In this document: positions 19,167 through 28,750 of the stretch, piece by piece
Position numbering within the stretch: position 1 is the stretch's first letter
Layout of the letters: every line of letters starts with the position of its first letter
Notes under the pieces: model-generated
Seen by the model: the letters and a program-made list of their open reading frames with translations, nothing else
Told to the model about the DNA's origin: nothing
Database searches by the model: none
Made by a program: the position numbers and the translations under genes
Assembly: GCA_964500645.1 (NCBI GenBank)
Contig: CAZCOH010000006.1
Span: forward strand, 1,492 to 65,491
DNA: 64,000 nt
Direction of reading: 5' to 3'
Origin: an uncultured Dehalococcoidia bacterium
GTDB taxonomy: Bacteria > Chloroflexota > Dehalococcoidia > Lucifugimonadales > UBA826

Positions 19167-20423
19167 CTATTCGTCTCCCCTGGAACTGTCCTCAATCTCC
19201 ATTATCTTGCTCAGGTTTGCTCCAAACTCTGACAAGCTTTCTGAATCAATTCCACCCTTTTCTGTAACTTTTTCTTTAAATTTGTCGAAAAGCCAGTCTT
19301 CGCTTCTACCTTTTGGTATTTCAAAGAATTCTGAATCAAATTTCGGTAGTTCTCCAGGACCGAAATATCCGCCTCTGTCTTCAAAAGCATATCCCTCAAG
19401 ATTATCAGTATTTTTGCCGAGTATTTCTCCTGTTTCCACGAAGTGAGTCATCACAGGTTCCATACCATATCTCTGTATTGGGCAGACTTTCATGCATACA
19501 CCACAACCTTCGTATTTTGCCATTACAGGGCGGCATCGTTCATACATCAGCTTGTGTTTTTCAGCGCCTCTCCACCATACTTTTTCTCTGACTAGAGCTC
19601 TTCCTGGACACCTATTTACACAAACTTGGCATAGTTCACAAAATTTATGAATTCCATAATCTATTGGGTTGTCATATATCACTGGAGCATCTGTGGTGAT
19701 TATCATAAGTCGTGACCTGGATCCAAAGTGCGGTGACAAAAGTTGTCCGTTTGCACCTAGCTGTCCTAAGCCTGCTTCGACAAACATAGGAATGTAGGGT
19801 GCGCTATTGTCATTGGGGCTATGTATCTGTGCTCTGTATCCTAGTTCCCTTATATGTTCAGCAAGTAAAATACCCTGCTTGTTCTCTTCTTCGTAGGCGC
19901 CGTAATGAGCGTATTCAGCTTCCATGCTAGGAATGGTTTGGGTCTGCCAGTAATCCTGCTCGTAGGCCAAACAGATGGCATGTTCAAATTTCACCCAACC
20001 TTTTTTGACCTTGAATGTGTATCTTCGGTCATACCGTGTAAATCCTACTTCACCAAAGCCAAGTTCACGTGCTTTAATTCTTATTTCTTCGGTGATATCT
20101 GAGGTTGGATCGGGGATACCAGTAGGTTCAAGGTTTGCAGACTTTTCAGCTATATCAACCATTGGTTTAGTAGCGTTAATATGGTGAGTTAGATATTCTG
20201 CCACTTCTTCTGAGAACACAGACCATGTCCAAGCTCTGTCAGCAGTTTTTTCAATGGATTGACTTTCAAGGGGCTGGGTCCTTGCATAAAAAGAGACATC
20301 TACTTCTCTTTTTGGTATTCCCGGAGTAGTGACAAGTTCCTCTGCTATAGGGATCGATACAGACCTCGTACCTAAGCTAGTTCCCGGTCGATTGACAATG
20401 TGGCTAACTTTCTTAAAAACCAT
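19167..20423 (-). CDS. Reductive-dehalogenase / epoxyqueuosine-reductase (QueG) superfamily 4Fe-4S protein, no Tat leader
   Basis: Two ferredoxin-type clusters, CELCQVCVNRCP and CGVCMKVCP. Also the family core EAGLGQLGANGQLLSPHFGSRSRLMIITTD and ITEEIRIKARELGFGEVGF. Confidence 0.6.
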   Translation of the reverse strand: MVFKKVSHIVNRPGTSLGTRSVSIPIAEELVTTPGIPKREVDVSFYARTQPLESQSIEKTADRAWTWSVFSEEVAEYLTHHINATKPMVDIAEKSANLEPTGIPDPTSDITEEIRIKARELGFGEVGFTRYDRRYTFKVKKGWVKFEHAICLAYEQDYWQTQTIPSMEAEYAHYGAYEEENKQGILLAEHIRELGYRAQIHSPNDNSAPYIPMFVEAGLGQLGANGQLLSPHFGSRSRLMIITTDAPVIYDNPIDYGIHKFCELCQVCVNRCPGRALVREKVWWRGAEKHKLMYERCRPVMAKYEGCGVCMKVCPIQRYGMEPVMTHFVETGEILGKNTDNLEGYAFEDRGGYFGPGELPKFDSEFFEIPKGRSEDWLFDKFKEKVTEKGGIDSESLSEFGANLSKIMEIEDSSRGDE

Positions 20424-20555
20424 TCCGGTATCTCCTCACAGGCTAAAATTACTATATGTAACTAGCCGAAACTAAAAACCAAACTTTCAACTGCGTTGAT
20501 CATAATTATATATATGCCAAATAGTCAAGATAGTTGATTAAGATAAAGTGTTAGC

Positions 20556-22007
20556 TTATTTAAGTCTACTTAACGGACCTACTGGGGCCGTACGAAGAGT
20601 CGGGTAGTTACTATTCAAAAGAGTTGTGTCTCCGACCCTATCAACTTCCTCCCACATTTTGGTAGCCATTGATATAAGTACAGGCTTGTTAACCTCATCG
20701 GGCGCTAAGTTGTTCATTTCAAAAGGATCAGCTTTCAGGTCGTAAAGTTCATCCACTCCCCCTGGGTTAAATATGTATTTCCAGTTGTCTTCCCAAGTGA
20801 TTCTTTGAGTATACATGTATCTCTGAGAGAAGAATTCTGAATGACATCTTTTCCATTCTTGTGGGTTGTGATTATTTTCGAGAACACATTTTAAACTTTT
20901 ACCATGAATTTCATTCCGATATTTTAATCCAGCGTATTCAAGTAATGTAGGAGCGATGTCGACAGTACTTACCTTTATATTTTCCGTTTCGTCTACGTGA
21001 CCTCCATGTGGAGGTTTTATTATCAAAGGGATGTTGTAGACTTCCTCATACCCGGTTGCAACACCTTTTGTTAGTAGTCCGTGGGCACTTAGCATATCAC
21101 CGTGGTCACTAGTAAAAATGATCAGAGTATCTTCGTAGACGTTATTGTCTTTGAGTAAGTTCACTACTCTCTCTACTTGACTGTCAATGTACGTTACGGA
21201 CGAATAATAAGATGCCAGAATTCTTTTCCATTGATAATCACTTAATCCTGACCACACTGAATGCATTCTCTTTAAAACTTCTGGTTTTGTATCTAGGGTA
21301 TCGTTGAAACTGGGGCTTAAGGAAATTTGGTCAATATCGTATGTGTCAATAATCTCTTCTGGGGCAAGATATGGATCATGAGGCTCCAATACAGAAATAA
21401 AACAAGTGAATGGCACATCACGGCCTTTATCATTCAAGTGATTTTCAATAAAGGAAATACCTTCATTAAATGCGGGATGAGATATATTGGACTCCCCTGA
21501 TATGTCAGCTGATAGCAACATGTCTTCGTACCCGTCGGTTTGTAGAGTGATCTGGTTTTTGAGAGTGACTTCTTCGTGATAGCCTTCCTCACCCAATTTC
21601 CTGCGATCCAACATCAAGTTGTTTACTGAAACGTTGTATTCGTGCCATCCAAAATTGGACAAATCATCGCTTTGCTCAACATGCCATTTTCCAAAATAAC
21701 CGTTGTTGTATCCTGCATCTGAAAGTAGATCTGCAAAGTGAGTAAACCTACCAGCTGGTGCGTCAATCCATTCTGGAGTATGGGCGTGGGTCACGTCCCA
21801 AATGCCATGGGTGGAAGGATATAGACTTGTCATTAATGAAGCTCTTGCAGGCGAACAAATTGCGTTGGTAGTGTGACAATTTTCAAATTTAGTGCCTTCT
21901 GAACTTATTAAATCTAGTGTAGGAGTTCTGCACTGACTATTGTCACGTAGAGAATTAGCATTAGCGTGATCAGCCATAATTATTAATATATTAGGTTTTT
22001 TAGTCAT
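20556..22007 (-). CDS. Sulfatase (formylglycine-dependent), no signal peptide
   Basis: PNILIIMADH, the CxPxR motif CSPARASLMTSLYPSTHG, and the late motif FTSDHGD. Confidence 0.85.
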   Translation of the reverse strand: MTKKPNILIIMADHANANSLRDNSQCRTPTLDLISSEGTKFENCHTTNAICSPARASLMTSLYPSTHGIWDVTHAHTPEWIDAPAGRFTHFADLLSDAGYNNGYFGKWHVEQSDDLSNFGWHEYNVSVNNLMLDRRKLGEEGYHEEVTLKNQITLQTDGYEDMLLSADISGESNISHPAFNEGISFIENHLNDKGRDVPFTCFISVLEPHDPYLAPEEIIDTYDIDQISLSPSFNDTLDTKPEVLKRMHSVWSGLSDYQWKRILASYYSSVTYIDSQVERVVNLLKDNNVYEDTLIIFTSDHGDMLSAHGLLTKGVATGYEEVYNIPLIIKPPHGGHVDETENIKVSTVDIAPTLLEYAGLKYRNEIHGKSLKCVLENNHNPQEWKRCHSEFFSQRYMYTQRITWEDNWKYIFNPGGVDELYDLKADPFEMNNLAPDEVNKPVLISMATKMWEEVDRVGDTTLLNSNYPTLRTAPVGPLSRLK

Positions 22008-22032
22008 CGGCTGATATATCCTTTTTTAATAG

Positions 22033-22067
22033 CAAAGGGGACCCAGCATTAAACTAGGTCCCCTTTG
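22033..22067 (-). terminator. Perfect 11-bp stem-loop between the NHL and sulfatase genes (terminator/attenuator or processing structure)
   Basis: CAAAGGGGACC-(13 nt)-GGTCCCCTTTG. It is flanked by T-rich sequence on the + strand and A-rich sequence on the - strand. Confidence 0.35.
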
Positions 22068-22086
22068 CCCTTTCTTTGAATTAACC

Positions 22087-23115
22087 CTATACGGTTGTTA
22101 AAGAGTGGTTTCTCATGGGAGGAGCGATACTATTTTCGTCAAGCTCTATAGACTCTTTTTGATACACTTGAAGTCTGTAAGAATGATGGTCCGCAACACA
22201 AATTCTGAACTTATTGTCAACCCTTACCGATGTTGGACTCCTGAAGTATTTCTCTTCTTCTAAGTTTGTCATCTCTCGTAGCCTATTGGCATAGGCATTG
22301 GTCATCATGTAATCCCTCGCTACTCTGGAGAGCGTAGCGTCGCCAGAAAATTTCCATACGTACCTACCAGTGCTATCGTAAACTATGACTCTGTCGTTGT
22401 TCCAATCTGTGGTGTAAATGTCGCCATGTAGGTCGACTGATACGCTAGTTGGCCTACTAATGCATACTCCATCTGGGGTTTCGCCTTTAAGGCTCATTTT
22501 AAGATCGCCTTCGTGCGAATACCGTTGTATTCTGTCATTTCCCCAGTCAGCCACATAAATGTCACCAAGTTCATCCACATGTAGACCCCATGGATTCTTT
22601 AATTCAGAATCGCCTTCTCCCTCTGAGCCGAATTCACTGACAAACTTACCATCAGGGCTATATTTTTGTATTCTGCTATTGCCAGAATCAGCCACAACAA
22701 TATTTCCTTCTGGGTCAAATGCGATTCCAGTCGGAGCGGTGAATTCCCCTTTACCGTTTCCCTCTGTTCCCCACCTGGACACAAATTTCCCATCAGGGTC
22801 GAATTTACTTATCTTGTGTGTTGCCTCATCACTAACGTATATATTTCCTTCACAGTCTGTAATAATTTGAACTGGCCATTGGAATTGGCCATCATCTGTA
22901 CCATAGCCACCTATTTGAACAAGGTCATCTGTTAATCTTTCCGCATCATCAAACGTCCAGACTCGGATGAAGGCTCCCCCAGATGTGCGGCATAGGATAA
23001 ATATTTTTTCGTCTGGACCAAAGGCTATGTCATATGGATAGTTACAAACTCTTCTCATTCCAAGAGTTTTTAGGTATGGATAGCCAGCTCTCAAAAGCCC
23101 TAGTGGTCTGCTCAT
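22087..23115 (-). CDS. NHL-repeat beta-propeller protein
   Basis: Six repeats of the type G.F..P.GIA.D..GNI.VAD..N.RIQK(Y/F). Confidence 0.8.
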   Translation of the reverse strand: MSRPLGLLRAGYPYLKTLGMRRVCNYPYDIAFGPDEKIFILCRTSGGAFIRVWTFDDAERLTDDLVQIGGYGTDDGQFQWPVQIITDCEGNIYVSDEATHKISKFDPDGKFVSRWGTEGNGKGEFTAPTGIAFDPEGNIVVADSGNSRIQKYSPDGKFVSEFGSEGEGDSELKNPWGLHVDELGDIYVADWGNDRIQRYSHEGDLKMSLKGETPDGVCISRPTSVSVDLHGDIYTTDWNNDRVIVYDSTGRYVWKFSGDATLSRVARDYMMTNAYANRLREMTNLEEEKYFRSPTSVRVDNKFRICVADHHSYRLQVYQKESIELDENSIAPPMRNHSLTTV

Positions 23116-23146
23116 TTAATTTCCCCTTGCATCAGGATGGATCAAA

Positions 23147-24283
23147 TTAATTCAAAAATGGGTCTATTTGCTCGTAATGCCCTCTGACTATTGGTTTGGA
23201 TTCAACTCCTAGCCATTGCTCGAGCAGTGTGGCATAAATACCTCTGTAATCAATTGTGTGCTTCAGATCTTCACCATGTTCCCAATCTGCGGGGTCTAAA
23301 GAAGGATATTCGGAATAGAATCCTCCCTTGACGTTTTTTCCTATCAGGAAAGCACCACCGCCGGAACCATGGTCTGTACCACTACCATTGTCGCGCATCC
23401 TTCTTCCGAATTCAGTGAATACGAGTATTGCAACATCGTCTGCGGCATCATGCTCTTCAAGGTCATCCATGAAGTCCGCTATAGCACCCGAAAGATCTCT
23501 CATAAGGCCAGGGTGGGCTAGCATTTCATTTGCGTGATGATCATATCCACCGTGGTTGGTATAAAAAACTCTAGTCCCTAGGCCAGCAAGATGTATTCGG
23601 GCCACATCCTTTAGGCTCTTGGCAATCGGATTATCTGCATATTCCACGCTAGAAGTGTAGGAATCAGCCACGTCGGAAAGCATATCTGCTCCCTTTAATA
23701 TATCGATTCCTGTTTTTCCAATATATTCTGAAACCGGACCGGTTCCGATTGCTTGTCCGTATATGTTTTTGAATGCCTGTATGGACCTATCTCTCAGCTG
23801 AGCTTTTTCAATATCATTCATCACGCCGTAACCATCAATGTCACCTATTGACGTGACAGGAACTCCGGCCACGGACATAGCGCGAGGTAATCCTCTACCT
23901 ATATTGACACCGGTCAGTACATTTTCCTGGTTTGGATCCAGTTCTTTCACCGCCAATCCTAACCAACCTTCTGTACCAATCTTGTCTGGCTCGCAAGTGT
24001 GCCATATGTCCATTCCTCGGAAGTGTGAACGGTTAGAATCTGGATATCCTATCCCCTGTATTATTCCCAGTTTTCCATTATCAAACAAAGGTTTTAAAGC
24101 CGCATTATTTGGATTAAATGCTAGGGTGTCATTGATTGGAATAACTTCATCTTGTTTTATAACAACTTTTTTTCGCGCGTCGTAATAGTGCCCATTTGTG
24201 TACGGGACTATAGTGTTCATAAAGTCGTTTCCCCCAGTGAGTTGGATTACTACTAGGACTTTTTCCTTATTTTCTGTAACCAT
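23147..24283 (-). CDS. DUF1501 (sulfatase-like) protein, no Tat/Sec leader
   Basis: VVIQLTGGNDFMNT, DSNRSHF, GYDHH and FTEFGRR...GTDHG are typical DUF1501 blocks. Confidence 0.8.
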   Translation of the reverse strand: MVTENKEKVLVVIQLTGGNDFMNTIVPYTNGHYYDARKKVVIKQDEVIPINDTLAFNPNNAALKPLFDNGKLGIIQGIGYPDSNRSHFRGMDIWHTCEPDKIGTEGWLGLAVKELDPNQENVLTGVNIGRGLPRAMSVAGVPVTSIGDIDGYGVMNDIEKAQLRDRSIQAFKNIYGQAIGTGPVSEYIGKTGIDILKGADMLSDVADSYTSSVEYADNPIAKSLKDVARIHLAGLGTRVFYTNHGGYDHHANEMLAHPGLMRDLSGAIADFMDDLEEHDAADDVAILVFTEFGRRMRDNGSGTDHGSGGGAFLIGKNVKGGFYSEYPSLDPADWEHGEDLKHTIDYRGIYATLLEQWLGVESKPIVRGHYEQIDPFLN

Positions 24284-24330
24284 TCTTCCCTTGCTCCCGT
24301 TTTAGGTTATAAATCTGATGCTAATTGTAA

Positions 24331-25692
24331 TCAGGCGTATTGGTAATCTACGGTGGAGACTATCATTTTTATCAAGTCCGTCATATCTGAAGATTCATCG
24401 GATGTTTTTAGTCCTGATACATATTCCACTAATTCGCCGTGAGTGTTTTGGCTTACTTGTACTCCACCAAGTAGGTCCAAACATCTATCCACTAATTGTT
24501 TAGGATCATCATCAAGACTTCCTGCTCTGTCAATTAATTCCCTGACTCCAGGGCTTTCGTCGTCACTGAATTCAGTTGACGCAAAATTTATTCTCTCGCT
24601 TAAAGTACCGGAATCGATCCATTCGGTACCCGTATGCCAGCCTTCAACTGTGGGAGGGTTCAGCAGACTTTGTCCCATCACCGTAAGCGCCCCTATATAG
24701 GATTCTAGCCCAGGCTTAATTTCCCTGAAATTGCCTACCTGTTTTATTACCCCTGCCACTAGTTCCGTAGGACTTTTTACCTTGTTTTTATTTATGGATT
24801 CTTTGAACTCTTCAGAATTGAATAGTTCTTTAAGTACTGATCGCATATTTCCATCTGAATCAGCAAAAGTCTTAGCCAAATGATTTACAAGGTCTGGGCT
24901 TCTGGGAGGCTCTATATTCCAAGCTGGAACCTGTGGTTCATCTTCTACAAAGAAATTGCAAAGATGACGTGATACAAATTTGGCGGTAGCATCCCGTTTG
25001 ACTATGATGTCGATGATATCTTCGCCATTGAAATTTCCTTTCTGTCCCAGAAATGTTTTTTCGTCGTTGTCATGGTCATCAGGGTGAAATTCGAACCTAG
25101 CAGGATAATGTCCCTGAGGATAAATTGGTATAGGTTGGCTGAATGTCCAGCCAGTGAATGCTCTGGAAGCATTCTTTATGTCGTCTTCAGTGTAATTCCC
25201 CACTCCCATCGAGAACAATTCAAGTAGCTCTCTTCCGTAATTCTCATTTATTTCTGATTTATGATTTTCATTATTATCAAGCCAATAAATCATGGCCGGA
25301 TCTTTTGATAATTCGACGAGTATATTTCTAAAATTGCTTAGTCCAACTCGTCTAAACATATCAATCTCTGTAAATATTGATGGTCCATGTTCACTTTTCC
25401 CCCATGCGACAGGGAATATATGGTGGAGGAATAGGGCCATTTTTTCTTCTAGTGGTCTCTTTGTATTGATCATTCTAAAAAGCCATTTTCCAACATATGG
25501 CGGAACACCTTCACCCGAGTAGTATCTATTTATGAATCTGTCATCTATCTCCTCGGTATTTTCTGGGTTCACGAGTTCTTCTACGATGCTTTCGTAGGTC
25601 CTGTTTTGTGTGAAATAGTCCAGTTCAGATGGGGTTGCTCCAAAACCGGCTCTTCTCATCAGATGGGCAACTTGGGCTCTGTCAGACTTCAT
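24331..25692 (-). CDS. DUF1800 protein
   Basis: N-terminal AHLMRRAGFGATPSE and NENYGRELLELFSMGVGNYTEDDI. The adjacency to DUF1501 is canonical. Confidence 0.8.
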   Translation of the reverse strand: MKSDRAQVAHLMRRAGFGATPSELDYFTQNRTYESIVEELVNPENTEEIDDRFINRYYSGEGVPPYVGKWLFRMINTKRPLEEKMALFLHHIFPVAWGKSEHGPSIFTEIDMFRRVGLSNFRNILVELSKDPAMIYWLDNNENHKSEINENYGRELLELFSMGVGNYTEDDIKNASRAFTGWTFSQPIPIYPQGHYPARFEFHPDDHDNDEKTFLGQKGNFNGEDIIDIIVKRDATAKFVSRHLCNFFVEDEPQVPAWNIEPPRSPDLVNHLAKTFADSDGNMRSVLKELFNSEEFKESINKNKVKSPTELVAGVIKQVGNFREIKPGLESYIGALTVMGQSLLNPPTVEGWHTGTEWIDSGTLSERINFASTEFSDDESPGVRELIDRAGSLDDDPKQLVDRCLDLLGGVQVSQNTHGELVEYVSGLKTSDESSDMTDLIKMIVSTVDYQYA

Positions 25693-25712
25693 TTGACATT
25701 CCTCCTATCGTC

Positions 25713-25733
25713 CTATGATGTTCAACATCATAG
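25713..25733. promoter_or_regulatory. 21-bp perfect palindrome upstream of the DUF1800 SD (candidate operator)
   Basis: CTATGATGTT-C-AACATCATAG (10-1-10). It ends about 7 nt upstream of the AGGAGG SD and 20 nt upstream of the start codon at 25692. Confidence 0.35.
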
Positions 25734-25761
25734 CCTTTATCACTTAAGTAGTGTTTTGTAT

Positions 25762-26409
25762 TCAGCCTAACTTTGAAAGTACATCTGCAGGTGTTGTCCG
25801 TGTTATTACCAGAATAGCTACAGATACGATACTTGCTGCAACTAAACTGTTAATAGTCCCCACCTTTCGAAGACAAAATTTATCATAACTTGCGATCAAA
25901 ATACAGAATATTGCAGATACTAATGCCCCGGCGAATAACCCAGTTGCACCGGTAATTATTACTGTTCTGGGTACAAGGATCAGTGCCCTGAAAAAGCCAT
26001 CCACAATAGCCTCAATGGTTCCAAAATTACTTGCAGAGACTCCCATGAAGTAAACGGCTAATGGCAGCATCGCTCCTGTGATTAATGGTAGGCCTATTGT
26101 TACTGAGAAAAACACAATGACCCAAAAGACTTTACCTCTGTCATTGTCGGAATTTCGGCTAATCCACTGAACTAGTAAATGACCAATAATAATCCCCCCG
26201 ACACCACCTGCAAAACCGAAGAATATTGCTGACCTCAATGGGAGATGAACAGGGGTATATATTAATTCGTTAACCCTAGTAAGGGCGATGATAAAGACTA
26301 GGGAGATTCCCAAGGAAAACATTATTGGCAATATGACTAGCCGTAGTTTCAAAACTTCTAGCTTATAAGCTTGTAGGCGTTCTATTGCGTTGGAATTCGT
26401 TTCCTGCAT
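25762..26409 (-). CDS. Hypothetical polytopic membrane protein
   Basis: About 6 hydrophobic helices. It is co-directional with, and 40 nt downstream of, the ABC ATPase genes. Confidence 0.5.
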   Translation of the reverse strand: MQETNSNAIERLQAYKLEVLKLRLVILPIMFSLGISLVFIIALTRVNELIYTPVHLPLRSAIFFGFAGGVGGIIIGHLLVQWISRNSDNDRGKVFWVIVFFSVTIGLPLITGAMLPLAVYFMGVSASNFGTIEAIVDGFFRALILVPRTVIITGATGLFAGALVSAIFCILIASYDKFCLRKVGTINSLVAASIVSVAILVITRTTPADVLSKLG

Positions 26410-26449
26410 TTTTGTATAAAGTTAGAGTTAAATTAAATAAACCTTATTA

Positions 26450-27490
26450 TTAAGCGTCTGCCACACCGGCTAAATCGATTTCTCCGGCAAAATGGCATTT
26501 TGCAAAACTGCCGTCTCCCACTGCCTTGAAAGGGGGATCTTCAGTTTTACATTTTTCCTCTGCAAAAGGGCATCTCGGATGGAAATAACACCCGGTGGGT
26601 GGATTTGAAGGGTCTGCAACCTCGCCTTCCAATACCCTATTTCCACTTTCTACATTAGGATTTGCTATTGGGATAGCGTCTAGCAAAGCCTGTGTGTAGG
26701 GATGTTTTGGTTCGGTAAATAGTTTTTCAGTAGGTGCGAGTTCAACTATTTTACCTACATACATCACAGCCACTCTGTGACAAATATATTGAACCACGCT
26801 CAGGTCATGACTTATGAATACATATGTCAACCCGAGGTTAGACTGTAAATCTTGCATGAGGTTAAGTATTTGTGCCTGTACAGAGACATCAAGAGCTGAG
26901 ACAGGCTCGTCCGCAATGACCAGCCGTGGATTCATTATTAATGATCTGGCAAAACCAATTCTCTGTCTTTGTCCTCCGCTGAATGCATGAGGATACCTTC
27001 GGGATAGTTCAGGTGCCAATCCCACCGTTCGTAATAGTTGACTCACGGTGTCTTCTAATTCTTGGCCTGAAGCTACGTTGTTTACTCTTAGAGGATCTGC
27101 AACTATGTCAAAAACTGTCATTCTGGGATTCAGAGATGCAAAAGGGTCTTGAAATACTATTTGCATTTCTTCCCTTACATTTTTGAGTTCGCTTGATGGC
27201 AAAGTCGCTACATTTACGACGTCACCATCTCTTTTCTGGAACATCACATCTCCAGAAGTTGGGTCAACTGCCCTCATAATCGCGCGTCCAGTGGTTGTTT
27301 TGCCACAACCACTTTCCCCAACAATGCCTAATGTCTCTCCTTCAATCACTGAGAAGCTGACGTCATCTACCGCCTTAACATGACCAGTCGTTCTCCTAAG
27401 GAACCCACTAGTAATAGGGAAATGTACCCTCAGATTGTTTACTTCAAGAATATTTTTTGACGATTCTGTTTCGGCTACCAAGTTGCTCAC
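26450..27490 (-). CDS. ABC transporter ATP-binding protein (Dpp/Opp F-type)
   Basis: Walker A GESGCGKT, signature FSGGQRQR, Walker [13 protein letters not shown], and a C-terminal oligopeptide-type CYFHPRCP tail. Confidence 0.9.
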   Translation of the reverse strand: MSNLVAETESSKNILEVNNLRVHFPITSGFLRRTTGHVKAVDDVSFSVIEGETLGIVGESGCGKTTTGRAIMRAVDPTSGDVMFQKRDGDVVNVATLPSSELKNVREEMQIVFQDPFASLNPRMTVFDIVADPLRVNNVASGQELEDTVSQLLRTVGLAPELSRRYPHAFSGGQRQRIGFARSLIMNPRLVIADEPVSALDVSVQAQILNLMQDLQSNLGLTYVFISHDLSVVQYICHRVAVMYVGKIVELAPTEKLFTEPKHPYTQALLDAIPIANPNVESGNRVLEGEVADPSNPPTGCYFHPRCPFAEEKCKTEDPPFKAVGDGSFAKCHFAGEIDLAGVADA

Positions 27491-27518
27491 TTATTTATTA
27501 ACTTTTTATGGATATTTG

Positions 27519-28529
27519 TTAATTTTCTTCATACAAAAGGCAAGATACTATTCGTCCATCTTCCAATTCCATTTGCGTCGGTTCTATAACATCACACTTG
27601 CCCATCATTGCCTGGGGACATCTTGGATGGAATGTACAACCACCTGGCCTTGCAAAAGGAGGGGGAACGCTGCCGTTTATGGCATTAAGCCTTTCTGTGG
27701 ATCTTTCCCTGCTTAGTTTAGGAATAGATCTAAGTAATTCCTGGGTATATGGATGTTTTGGGTCGTTGAAGAGAGTTTTAGTATCTGCCATTTCAACGAT
27801 CTTTCCCAAATACATGACAATGATCTTGTCCGCCATCTGGGCAACAACTCCAAGGTTGTGTGTTATCAGCATCATACCCATTCCGAACTCAACTTGTAGG
27901 TCCTTCATTAGCTGAAGAATCTGGGCCTGAGTAGTTACATCCAAAGCGGTTGTAGGTTCGTCTGCAATCAAAAGGCCAGGATTGCATGCAAGTGCGAGTG
28001 CAATCATGGCTCTCTGTCTCATTCCACCGCTCAGTCTGAATGAATATTCGTCTATCCGTTGCTCTGCGTTTGGTATTCCAACTTTTTCTAGCAGGTCAAT
28101 TACCTGCTCTCTTGCTTCCTGTTTTGTTACGTCACTGTGGAGCAATATGGCTTCAGTTATTTGATCTCCGATTGTGTGGACGGGGCTGAAGGACACCATC
28201 GGTTCCTGAAAAACCATGGAGATTTGTCCTCCCCTGATTTCTCTCATCATTTTGCTATTTTGGCCCAGTGATAGAAGATCCAACCCGTCTTCGTCTTTTG
28301 GGTAATAACGCAGGTCTCCTTCTATAGTTTCACCAGGAGGTTGAACTATACCCATAATGGAGCGAGCGAGAACACTTTTCCCACAACCACTTTCTCCAAC
28401 AATACCTACCACTTCCTGTCTAGATATAGAAAAGCTAACGCCGTCTACCGCACGCACAGTTCCTTCTTCTAGAAAGAAGTGAGTCTTAAGCTTATCAACT
28501 TCAAGAAGTTTTTCTTGTTCCGTAGTCAT
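27519..28529 (-). CDS. ABC transporter ATP-binding protein (Dpp/Opp D-type)
   Basis: Walker A GESGCGKS, signature LSGGMRQR, Walker B LLIADEPTTALD, and CTFHPRCP. Confidence 0.9.
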   Translation of the reverse strand: MTTEQEKLLEVDKLKTHFFLEEGTVRAVDGVSFSISRQEVVGIVGESGCGKSVLARSIMGIVQPPGETIEGDLRYYPKDEDGLDLLSLGQNSKMMREIRGGQISMVFQEPMVSFSPVHTIGDQITEAILLHSDVTKQEAREQVIDLLEKVGIPNAEQRIDEYSFRLSGGMRQRAMIALALACNPGLLIADEPTTALDVTTQAQILQLMKDLQVEFGMGMMLITHNLGVVAQMADKIIVMYLGKIVEMADTKTLFNDPKHPYTQELLRSIPKLSRERSTERLNAINGSVPPPFARPGGCTFHPRCPQAMMGKCDVIEPTQMELEDGRIVSCLLYEEN

Positions 28530-28554
28530 TAGTGTTCCACCAACCTTGAAAAAT

Positions 28555-28619
28555 CCCGTATGCTACACAAAGTAAGCATCGTAGAAAGAGCCCGTATGCT
28601 ACACCAAATAAGTATCGTA
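28555..28619. repeat. Two 29-bp direct repeats (26/29 identical, 36-bp period) in a divergent intergenic region
   Basis: CCCGTATGCTACACAAAGTAAGCATCGTA at 28555 and CCCGTATGCTACACCAAATAAGTATCGTA at 28591. Confidence 0.6.
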
Positions 28620-28750
28620 ATACCAGAGGCGTCGATTGTATCATCTATGCTGCAACTGAGGTGTTGATTTCTACAATGTGATGAGAGATCGAAATTTGAA
28701 GATTAATTTGTAGTCTTGGTTAGACAATTGTAATAAAGAGTTTTTGTGAC

